From: Tubiluchus corallicola
Taxonomy: Eukaryota; Animalia; Priapulida
Length of the DNA: 64,000 nt
Direction: 5' to 3'
NCBI GenBank assembly: GCA_030141605.1
Contig: JAQGDQ010000045.1
Span: 682,001-746,000, forward strand
The notes under the pieces are model-generated. The model searched no databases and was not told the DNA's origin. It saw nothing but the letters and a program-made list of their open reading frames with translations. Shown in pieces: positions 11,982 to 24,086 of the stretch. Within the stretch, counting starts at the first letter, position 1. Every line of letters begins with the position of its first letter. Made by a program: the position numbers and the translations under genes.

Positions 11982-14900
11982 GTAAGGTCTTCACATGCAG
12001 TTACCTGATTTAGACAGTTGGTGGATTTTTATCTTGTTTGTGGCTTTCCCTTGCAATGTTATCAATGTTAATTTATTTACATACATTGTATAAAAAAAAC
12101 CACAGAAGCCTGTTATTTAGTAAAAAATTTTATCAGTTGTTAATAGTGATATGTTGCAATTGATTTTCGTATTGTTCATTGTTTTTTGTAATAGAGGTTT
12201 GTTTTGTTTGTGTAAATAAGCAATTCTTTTACTGACTTTATTTTAGACCTATATTTGTTAATGGCAGAGAATCTATGCACATCACATTTATTGTAAAGTT
12301 AAACTTAATGGACAAGAAAAGGATGCCTGAAGTAGGTTTCAGAACAATCGCTTCTTAAACACTATATTTATTTCCAGCAATTATGTATATTTTGCGCTAG
12401 CGTTAAAAGGAATTTGTGTTTGTTTTCCTTATAAATCTCCTGCAATGCTGTTCCGATGGCGCCAGTACATGACGTCACCTAAGCAAATGTAAATCAGGGG
12501 GAAGAAAAGGCAATGTTAAATTATTTTCCCAAAAAACTTTCCATGCAAATCTATATTACTTGGCATTTTGCTTACCTGCTGGAAAGACTTATGTAACTAG
12601 AAATAATAATTTAAAATGTTTGTGCCAATTCGTAAAATGTTGCTGGCCCATCCTCCAGGGTGCACCGCTCACTAACCAAAAACTTATTTTTAATATTATT
12701 GACAAGCTGCAATTTAAAATCTTACTTACTTAGTAACATGTGTGCTACGAATGCTTTGATTATTTTTTCAAACTTCACTCAATGTTATCTGAACTTGTTT
12801 CGAACGATCTACCATTAAAATGGCTGCACCTAATCGTCATCGTGGGAATTTAATTTTACAAGTTTTATACAGCATTGCCGCCGACACAAGACCTGCATGC
12901 AAAAAGGCAGTATGTAAGTGGTATAAAATTTCAGAACGAATTTTTAAGCTTTGTGTAAATGGAGGATTTTTTGTCCTGTAAGTCATTTCATATGTTAGTG
13001 TGTATCAAAAACCTGCCCACTGCTTTGACTTAAGTCACAAGTTTGTGGTGCTGAGTGGCTTGAAATGCTTTTTTCAGAAGTTTGTGCACAGTGAGTACTG
13101 TTGACGAGCAGTCGTTGATCAATGATAACCAATGTTATATGGCCTGAAAAAAATATTTTTGTTTCCAATTTGTAGCCAGTTTACACTATGGGTAGATAGG
13201 TATTTTATTTTATTTTATTTTTTATTTTTTCTTGTCATGTGACTACGTTTACGCAAATTACCCAATAATTGACCAGATTATAATCATTATTATCAAGTCT
13301 AATTTTGATGAGTTCTCATTTGATTTAATTAAATATATATGGCATAAAACTGCCGACTGTATAAAATGTGAACCAGTTAGCGGTCGGTGGGCAATAAAAA
13401 TTTTATTTTGATAAAGGTAAAAAATAAATTGAGTCGCACATAAAACAGAACAGTCGGTTGGAAACAAACAAATATTTTTCTAGACCTTGTCAAGTTTTTC
13501 ACCTCTTGGCCCCAAGTTTTTGGCGTTCAAGTTTGAATTAGGTCTCAAGTCACAGTGGCCCAAGTCCGTGTACAGTTTTAGAATCATTATGCCCAAATCT
13601 GAGTCAAGCCTCGAGTCATTATGTCCAAAGCTGAGTCATGTCTCGAGTCATTATGCCCAATTCCGAGCTGAGTCTCAAGTCATTATTTTCTTTGTCTGAA
13701 TCAAATACTTAGTCACTTTATGTGGTCAGGTTCAACTTCAAACTGAGGTTCAAATCAAAGTAATTCAAGTTTTAATCAATTCATTCCTGCTTCAATCAAG
13801 TTCCTGTTTAATAGTGATAAAGTAATTGTTGTTAATTTTGGTGTTCTTTTGCTTATTACTGCACTAAATTTGTTGAGTAATGTTGATGTTTTAAATTTTC
13901 GTATGCGCCAGACCCTCTGTGCAAGATACATTATTTTACACATGGTTTTATATTTTTTCTAACTTTGCAGTAGTGTCATAATGAGTATCTATAACATAAA
14001 AGTGTCCAAAAATGTTCTGTCAGTAGTACTAATTACAATTTAAAGGAAATTGTTCAAATTACTTATTTCATTAAGAAATACTATCTCAGATATCTGACAA
14101 AACAGCCCTTCAAGTAAATATTTGATTAGCCAGTTTAAAAGCCTCTTGTTAAAAAGCTGCGTGTAATGTATGTATTTTGAATTTTTCTTGTGCTTCGTCG
14201 AGTGTATGTTTAACATCGTATTAACAAGGAAAAAAGCTGCGTGTATGTATGTATTTTGAATTTTTCTTGTGCTTCGTCGAGTGTATGTTTAACATCGTAT
14301 TAACAAGGAAAAAAGCTGCGTGTATGTATGTATTTTGAATTTTTCTTGTACTTCATCAAGTGTATGTTTAACATCGTATTAACAAGGAAAAAAGCTGCGT
14401 GTGTGTATGTATTTTGAATTTTTCTTGTGCTTCGTCGAGTGTATGTTTAACATCGTATTAACAAGGAAATAAGCTTCTAGCCAGACGCAGATGCCAACAC
14501 AGTCCATGAACATAGAAACTTTTAAGAATTACACTTTAGGCATAATACAAAGATGGCCATAGACAAAAAACACCAAACAAACATGGAATTGAAATGCTTT
14601 CACAAGTAAGAAAATTGTAATTGCTTATTCGTCAGTTATAAAAATTGTCTGTTTTACTCTCCATGCAGTTCGAATCATTAGTCAAGTCGGTGTTTTGTCA
14701 TTTTGAGTCTGAGTCAAGTTGGTTTACTAGTCCAGTCAGGCTATTTTGGACCAAATCGCTATTTCCCCTTGTACCTAAAATCGCTGGTGGTCAAAATGAT
14801 GCAATATGACATTTTTTGTAGGTTGGATAGTTGATGAGAACAACATAGAACAAATTCTTGATGAGTCTAAAAAACCGAAACAAATACCTATAAATGTTAT

Positions 14901-17900
14901 GATTATGAAAATGAACAAACTGCCGCTACAGTGTGGCAAGCTAAGATCAAGTTGCTGATACTGTATTAATAACAACAATAATTATTATAACAATAATAAA
15001 CTTAATTTCTCACACATTTAGGTGTTACATTTTTAAATGATTAGCTTTTATTTATTTTTTTCACTGATGCTGAGTCTTGCTGGCTGACTGGTATGTTGGT
15101 TGGCACATAGTATAGTAAGTAAGTAACATCATACTGTACCTTAGTAGCTTAATAAAAAAATGAATTTGCCAGCTTTATTTCAATCACTCTTTCATTGTTC
15201 AATTTTCAATAGCGCTAGTGAAAATAATATTGCGATGATCAAACATGCCACATTTTTCTGGGTAGTTCAAAGTTATGGAATTGTCCCACTTTTAAACATT
15301 TGAACTTAATATAGTACTAAGCATTTTTTAGATATGTTTTCACATTATTCTCTACATATGTGTGACTAAAACAGTTGATCTTGTGACTCATTTTATTATT
15401 GAACAGTTTATAAATCTAATTTTCACATTATTCTGCATAGATGGCAGCATGTGTAGGAATATACAATGTCTTTAAGCCCTGGTATTGCATACATTCGATA
15501 ATTGGTTGTTAAAGAAAATACCGAGCCTTCTGAGAAATTATACTTATTGCAGAGTTTTAGAAAAATCCTAGAAAGGTTTGATAATAAAAGTGTGATAAGC
15601 CGTTCATGTAATTAATAAAATCACTTTAAAGTCACGACCTGTTCACGCTTAGGCGCTCACCTTTTGAATGCCCATTATTCCATCAATGATGGGATTCGTC
15701 GACTAAAGAAAAACAGCACTTGCACTGTTAATATCCGAAAAAGGTATAATAGGTTTTACAAAAAATTGGATAGCTAATTTTGCGATCTTCTGCATGAACA
15801 TTGGATAAGCTGCAGAAGTTTGAATTAGTTTAAGAAGTGCACACTTATGGAAAGCCACGATGCACTTATAAAAAGTTGTGAAGCCCACCAGTTACATCAT
15901 AATTTTCAGGTGAATGGTGGGGCTACCACAGCACCTAAAATCTTCTATTCAGCGATAGTATTAATTAACTATGCTTTATACTTTAGGCAATTTTTTGTAA
16001 ATTTCTGTGTAATATTTTTCTAAGTTTAAGTAGTAACAGCAAAAAACAAATACTAGTCACTAACAATTTCGTCATAAGTATCCATAATTAAGTTATTCTA
16101 CCATCATTTTAAACATTTTGCCTTTTCATCAGAAATTTGTTTGCTTTTTCATTTATAAGTGCATTTGACCACTATCCATTTGGATGCTTAAGCAATTTTT
16201 TTATTTTTGAAGTTAACTCTGATTCTTGTATTTTAAATTTAAATGTAATACTCAAGCAATGCTAAACTCACAGTTTCTCAAGGTAAAAATTATATCTTTT
16301 ATGTTTGAAAATTTCATGCAGCTGGAGCATTTTTATTTTTTGTATTAACTGGAAAAAGTATAGCCAAAAGATTATTAAAAAAAGATGTACAGAAAAGCCG
16401 CAAAGCTTTGGAAATATTACATGACAGTTGCAGATTCTACATTTAACTTTTCTGTTAAGATTTATGAAAAGGTAGTTATGACTATTAAATATAAAATTTT
16501 GCTATACTGATTCTATGAGTGAAGCAAATATTATGTAATTAACACTTAACAGTAGTTCTTCTGATGAATTATAATCTGTTATTTGCTGTTTAAGGCAAAT
16601 TATAAAATTGTAGCTTTAATTATTTTGTATTTATTTTGTTTGAGTGAACTGAGTTGCATATTTATTTCTTCTTTTTTAATTGCTGTGTCATAAAGGAAAG
16701 TCAAGAGTCAAACATTCATTGGAGTTTAATATTAAAGACATTTAAATTATCACCTACAAAAAATCTTGCTAAAATGCAAAGGAATAATCATCTTTCTTCC
16801 CACCAAGCAAATTCAACTATATAAATGTTAGAAATTATGGAGTAACCTACCCAACTCCATAGCATAATCTAGCTGTCCAATTTGTAAGAAACTTTGTCAT
16901 ACTTTTATGGCATTGATATTGTTAGCAACATGATATCATCATTTGTTCAAAATTCAGCATGTCTAGGTTTGAAATGATTGTGACTTTATTGTGATTTTAG
17001 TGTGATTTTACTAATTACACCTTTTGTTTATCATGTTTTTATTGCCAAAACTGTCTAACACTTTTCTCGAGCATTAGAATAAGTCCAATTTCCTAAGGTT
17101 ATGAAATTTCTTTTTTTCTGAAAATTGAACTATATTGTAGAGGATTGTATAATATCAAGAATACAATCGGTACCGAATTTTGTGAGCTGATAGTAGGGTT
17201 TCAAGTTGCATGGTAGTTGAAAGAATGAAGTGGTGAGATTTATACATTGAGCTTATTTTATCTTACTAATTATTTGTACTATTAAAAGTAGATTAATTCA
17301 AGTACTGTGTTTCAGTTGAGCGTTTGCTTTTAATTTTAAATATGATTTTATTCTGATTATGCTTACTTGTAAACCTTTTTACCACTGAATCAGCATTACT
17401 GACCAATTTTTCTCTGTGAGCTGCTGCTCTTTTTTCTTTTATCTGGTTTCGTCAATCTTATTTCGCATGTAATAAGTGGCTTAGTAAGCATACATTTGGC
17501 CTATTGTTCTTGATTGTTCATGTGGTCAAGGAAATTGATTTTTTTTTGCGAGACTGCTTATTGTGAATATAGTTACTCCCTCTGAAACTACGCAGAAAAT
17601 TAATCAGCTAGAGTGGTTACTCACGCGTCATTTGTCATTTTCTGGATAGCTAATTGGGGGATTAATCGATGCCTTCTCAGTTAGTGTGCAATAAACCTTT
17701 GTATGTTGTGACAAGACCCAGGCTGAAGTACAACAAATGCACTGGAACGGTGATGTAATGGTGGAACAGGAATGTGAGTTAAGGAAAGTACTGAGAATAA
17801 ATTGAGACTAAATTTTGTTTACTGGAATTGTTTCGTATTGGGACTATATAGGGAATTCAGAGGCTTGTACAATAAATATATGTATTCAAAAATCGGGTTA

Positions 17901-20900
17901 GTTTGAGAAGGTTTTGTTATGATCATGGTATTTATCTGCAAAGAAGATTAAGACACTTGTTCCAGTTTTTGAGTCTATATGCCAGAAGACTTTTCCAAAT
18001 TAGGTCAAGTTATCTAACATTTGTGGCATTTGACTCATATCATTATATACCAGTGGTTCCCAACCTTTTGGTGAACCATGCATCATATCGCGACTTGACA
18101 AAGAACATAATCACATGTTATACTGTTAAACATCATTATCGCTTGCATTTATTAACTTACTATTCAACAAATAATGAACAATGAGTGATTGTTTTATTAG
18201 TTCATGTGACAGTTGCACCTGTTTCTCAGCCACCAGTAATGCAAGAACAATAGGTATCCTGGGTAAAATGAACAACGACACGCTTTCGAGCGGTGTACAC
18301 TGTACACAAGTGTACAGCATGGAACAACATGTATTTTCTTTTCCCCAGAAAATCAAGCACTGGTATACCGCATTTAGGCGGGAATACCCAGTTTCACCTT
18401 CCAGAACAAAATGCTATAATGAGAGACTAAGAAAACAAGACCTACTTGCATACTTTCCATGAAAACAATATTTTTTAAAAATTGTTTTTGGACTAGCCCG
18501 CGAACCCACGAAAAGTGGTTGGCGACCCCAAGGTTGGGAACCCATGTTATATACATAATTGGGAGCCAAGCAAGCTTATTGTCAAAATAGAAACGATTAG
18601 TCAGGTGTAAGCACTACCTAGCATATTATGTCTTACAACCTGAGTGTGCAATTCAAGAACAAAACACCTTCACATTAAAATTAACTTTGATCGATGAAAA
18701 CAATTTTCATAGTGAGCTTTTCTTATCTTACTGATTATTGGGACTATTAAAAGTATATTCATCCAAGTACAGTGCTTGCTATTTCTTTTATCTGATTTCG
18801 CGGACATTTGGCCTGTTGTTCTTTACTGTTCACATTTGTAATCGATTTTTTTAGGAGTTACTCCCTCTGAACTACAGAAGATTAATCAGCTAGAGTTGTT
18901 ACTCACGTGTCACTTATCATTTTCTGCATAGCTATATGGGTGAATCTGGCTAAACAACTACTATGCAGCATGTTTTGTTCACAAGTAGAATCTGTATTAG
19001 TCTAATTCTCAGATTAAACAATTCAAAAAAGTTTTTCGAAAAGAAATTATTCATTTGGCCTGACAGACAGTCGAGTCGACCAATCTTTATTTTAGAATCC
19101 ATGCAGTATTCTAATTGCAGAAATTCTTCTAAAGAAACTTCATCATTGTCATGCGGCTTGACAGTCGTTTAACTTGCAGCATCAATCAATATTTTAGGAT
19201 ATTTTGACTTGCATTTTCATGGGCCATGACATGTACATTGTGCATGGGCCAAGTTTAATAGCTGTTCATGTTTGACATCATTGCTGTACTAATATTTTTC
19301 GAAGAATTGGCTGCACAGAAGTGCATATATTGTCAGTGTTTGTCACGTATTATGTCACCTAATCTGTAATATTAGGTGACAAATCTAATCACTTTCTCCA
19401 TTACATGTATTGGATAATAGGCGTTTCACACTGCACTGTATAATGGGATTTCATGTATCAAGAGAAATTATTTCTGTCAGAGATGCATTTACTTGGATTG
19501 TTTGCTCAATAAATGTTTTTGTAGATCTGCTCTTATCTTCATTCTTTAAGTAAATTTCCATGTTTTCATAGAGAACTGTGTATTTGTTGTTGTTATAAAA
19601 CTGTAGAATGCTTCCATTTCAAAATAATTGTATTTGTGCGGACTGAGGGCTGAGTCAAATTTCCCAGTGGGCGTTCCAACATGATTATCCCAGTCAAATT
19701 TTGGAAACATCGGAAAATTGAAAATATTGAGCAGGTATCTGAGATTGAGAAATATCTGAGAAGGTTTAAATAAAACTTCTTTGATGGTAGGTTAGATTTT
19801 AGTTTGGTTTTTCAGATATTAAGCTTTATAAAAATGTTCTCTCAGTAATATGAACATAATTTTAGCTAGTATATTTTCCTATATTTTGGAGTCGTCACAC
19901 CAGTCTCCCATTATTCTATTACTTTCGTCAATTTGATTTAGATTTTTTAAGTGCTCAAGTTTTGGTATTATGTAGGCCCTTTTCTGGCGCTCGTACTAGT
20001 GGGAATTTTAACCCGTCCACCACACTGTAGTTGTGTGGAGTCAGGTTATTTGGTATTAGAAATCTGACAGGGACTTGACTTGGTCATCATATGAACTATG
20101 AAGATTTTTAAAGATTATAAAGTTTCTGTGTAAAACTCTGAAGTCATGTAAAAACATTGCAAGTGGTGTGAAACACAGCGAAAGTGATGAAAAACATGCC
20201 TTCTCAAAACCAGCAAAAACGTATGCATATCTGTGAGGACAAACCAGTCTGAAATTGCTTTTGATGAGCAAATGACTACTAATATTAGTTGCCAGGATAT
20301 AGTATTGCAGCTAGATTCAGTCTGGTGCTTCTGCTTTCTGCTTAAACTCGTCAGCAGACTGCAAAATCTTATTATTAATCTTGTCAAGTTTGATTTGCGG
20401 TCAATACTGCTGTCCTTTGCTCATCGATTGTCACGTTAAGTTTCTCATCGCTACTTTTATGAAAGATGTTCTGGGGACTGCTTGTCATTATTTTGCAAAT
20501 TGACAGCTTAGTGAGTTATGTGTAATGACCTTAGTGGTAGTCCCCGTATTGCTCTCTGCTTTTCTTTACCCTGGATGACATTCCTGAATGCCCAACGGCA
20601 GCGTTGTAAATCCAGGTTCTTGCCTTATGCCTCTCAAGCTGTCTACATCTAGTAGAAAGTTATTTCTCTCTCTCAGCTACAAGAATAATATTGAGAGGTA
20701 CCTGCTTTTACTTGGAAATTAGTTTTCCCCTCCTTTCCTTGACTGGCCACTGACTTTATTGACGGTGGGCATGTTGCCATTTGTATAAAAAATAAAAGCA
20801 TTTCAGTCGTAAAATGATTAGCCAATATATAACAAATGGTATTAGGCGTGCTTGTAGTTATTGGGAAAAAATCCAGATTTACCTTTGCTTAATATTCTCG

Positions 20901-23900
20901 CTGTTGCTCTGGCTTAGCTTAGTGAGGTCACTACCGTCAGTAACCATTGCGCTACATTATGCTCAGATATTCTGTGTTACACGGTACTCTCTTATCTCTG
21001 CACACTGCCATTGTTGAATATTTAAGATTTGGGTCAGCTAGGCTGCTTCTTCATTAGGTCAGTGTTACTGCTACTAATCAATACTGTTATTGCCTAGGAA
21101 TCCTGCACTCATTAAAGCATTTCTGTTGGAGAATTCCTAATGAACTGTAAATATTTGCCCAGTTTCCACATTGATTTGATAGTGCATGTATGTAGTCAAT
21201 ATGCTGTGGTTGGTGTATATTATTCCCTAATTTTCAATTAACCCATGTGCGATAGCTTCCTGTGTCTCTTAACTTGCTTATCTACAGATGTCTTGAAATG
21301 GTTCTGCAAAACACTTGAAGAGGGGGATTACAATAAATTGATTTCTGATTAAGATGAATTAGAAAACCCAAATTTTTAAAAACACGTGGGGTCAATTCAT
21401 TGCATGTAATGATGCGGTGTACGGTTAATGTCTACCTTTTGTTTTCCCTTGCACTTAGTATGATTGCTATCCAGTGCTACTTAGTATAAATGCCGTAATC
21501 CATAACAGACCAAAATGCAGTGATTAAAAACCGCACTAAAACTTTATTGTCCAGAAAGATCGTATTTACATTCATTACATCTTAGTAAAGCTGTACAAGC
21601 GTTTGATATATATATATATATATATCTATGATAAGCTACATTTTAAGGTACTGTGACCGAAAATACGCAAAGAAAATGCGCGGAGAAAGAAAATACAAAA
21701 AGTCGCTGTATCATATACTTGATACTTAGTATGTGAAGTCCAGTTTTAATAATTTTGTAATCAAATATTCTTAATTAAATTTAAACTTGCTTTAACGTTA
21801 GATTTGATTTTGTAAAGAGCTAAAACTGCAGAAGCGTAACATGAAACACACGATAAATCAAGAAAATTAACTTTGTACACCGGTTCACCTACTGACATTC
21901 GCAATTGTTCAACCACCAAAAAGACATTAAAAAGTCGCTGACTTCAGCAAAATGCCTTTTAGTATAATTTGAATATTTATAGACTTGATTCCGTTTGGGA
22001 TTTCATGCAAGAATGTTCATAATTTAAGAGTTTTCTGACTCAGATATTGTAGCAAGTGTCTGGGTGCCTCGTACTTCAACGTCTGCAGTCCACTATTGAT
22101 TTGTCGAACGTGAAGGGCAGTAAATAACTTGGCTTCGTATGACATGTAGCTTTTTGTCCTCGATTCGCTTGCCAATTGTTGCTCTGCGGATTCGAGAATG
22201 AGTTTTTCCACTTGTGTAAGCTGCGATAAAGCTATGCTGGTGGCAAGCAGTCCACCTGTACACATTCTCACCTTGGCCGAGGAATCAGCCACAATTCGTA
22301 GCACTTTTACTGATTCCTTGAGCAGTAGACTTGCAATGCCGTGCGTCATTGTTAATGAAATTTCACGTTCTGGAAAAAAAGCTCACATTAAAAATATGTA
22401 GAAAATAAAATCTGCTAAGTATTATTCGTACAGTGCGAAAATAGTCTAATCCGGGTTAGAACGTTTTAAAGCGTTTTAAATTTTAGACAGTACTCTTTGA
22501 AAAAACACGTCTTTAGCAAGTTGACAGAACAATTTCTGATTACTCACTGAAATCGAGTACATGCTTTAGAATTAATAAATGTCGCATCATTGCTTGCATG
22601 GTATTGTTATTGTTAATCTGATTAGTGCTGCAACTTAAGCGTTAATGACTAATTTAAGTAGAGGTTCTCATTAAGTTTACGTTTGTCATCAGTGCTTATA
22701 GGGCTTTCTGATATTTATGCGAGCTTTTGAAATTTAACTGCGATATTCGGTTTTTAGTTATAGAGTGTAATTTTCGTTCTTGTCTCGATAAGCTATGAAT
22801 TTCAGTGATGAAGTTAATAACAGTTTATGGCAGTTTCTGCAAAATTTCAGGAAATTGCTGTTGTCGCCGAGTAAATTTAAATTGCCGTCCGTCACGCTTA
22901 TTACGTTGTATATATTGGTTTGTTGATTGAAAATATTTTCACATTCTTATAAAAGCTATACGAAACGGTGAGCACGCGAAACCATCATTAGCATGTTTTG
23001 CTGCATTTTGTTTACTAAATAGCGAAATTCTAGAATGTAAGGAACAGTCAAAGTAATCAGAATTTTTTCCCTGAATCGAATTTCCGTTTATGATTACGTG
23101 CACTTTCGATAACTGTTAGTTTGATACACTAGGCGAGAAGAAGAAAAAAAAGAAGGAATTTCATCTTACCTTTTGACTAAACGTTTTAGGTCTTCAGCAA
23201 GCACTTCTTTATGTCAACAGAAATTATCTTGTCTTCTCAAACTGTCCTCAGATTTACAAAGAGTCGTCGGTACGTTAATTAAGCTGTTCACTGACGAGAC
23301 GAGTGGGCAGTAAGAGAATTTGCTGTTCATCGCCATCACTCACCGCTATTTATCCTTCTCCGAGAGGACCCCCTGCTCGCTCATTGCATAAGAAGATTAT
23401 GGTCTCCCCCCGTGGTCCTGGTATCAACAGCCTGGGCATTGGGCTCTATTATACAATATAGGACGATGACACTTGTTTTTCTAAGTCCACTATTGTTATG
23501 AATTATGTATTATTCCAGGGATACATTTAATCTAAGCTCGGTGCATGGTCATATAACAGATTTTGTTAAATAATTGGATACGTTAAAGATAAAATATTGA
23601 AACTTTCAAAAGAAAATTTGGGGACATGTTTAAGCTAAACGCAGCATGTGGCTACATTAAAGCAAATTAACATTAAAACTTTAAAAAGAAAAGTTATTTA
23701 TTCATTGGTTTTTTAACCTTAATTCTCTAAACTTAAAGAATTGCTATTTCAGCAAGTTGTATTCTACTAACACAAAGCCTGTCTTATACCCGTTGTTTTT
23801 GCAGGTTATGTTATCTACCGGATAAGAATTCGACGAGGTGGTCGGAAGAAGCCGGTGCCGAAGGGTGCCACTTACGGGAAGCCCACGCACCATGGTGTGA

Positions 23901-23983
23901 ATCAAATGAAATTTCAGCGCAGTTTGCAGTCCGTGGCAGAAGTAGGTTGAATATAATTGCAGAATATGAAAACCAGAGTCTCT

Positions 23984-24017
<34 letters not shown>

Positions 24018-24039
24018 TTCTCTCTCTCTCTCTCTTGCT

Positions 24040-24086
<47 letters not shown>

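Noticed and set aside
14151-14476. Regular repeat array as CRISPR
   Set aside because: Units are contiguous with no unique spacers; eukaryotic intron; no cas genes.
23170-23336. Minus-strand frame with in-frame TGT-TGA as a selenoprotein exon
   Set aside because: No SECIS found, the frame closes on splicing to 22369, and the adjacent sequence looks like a SINE remnant.
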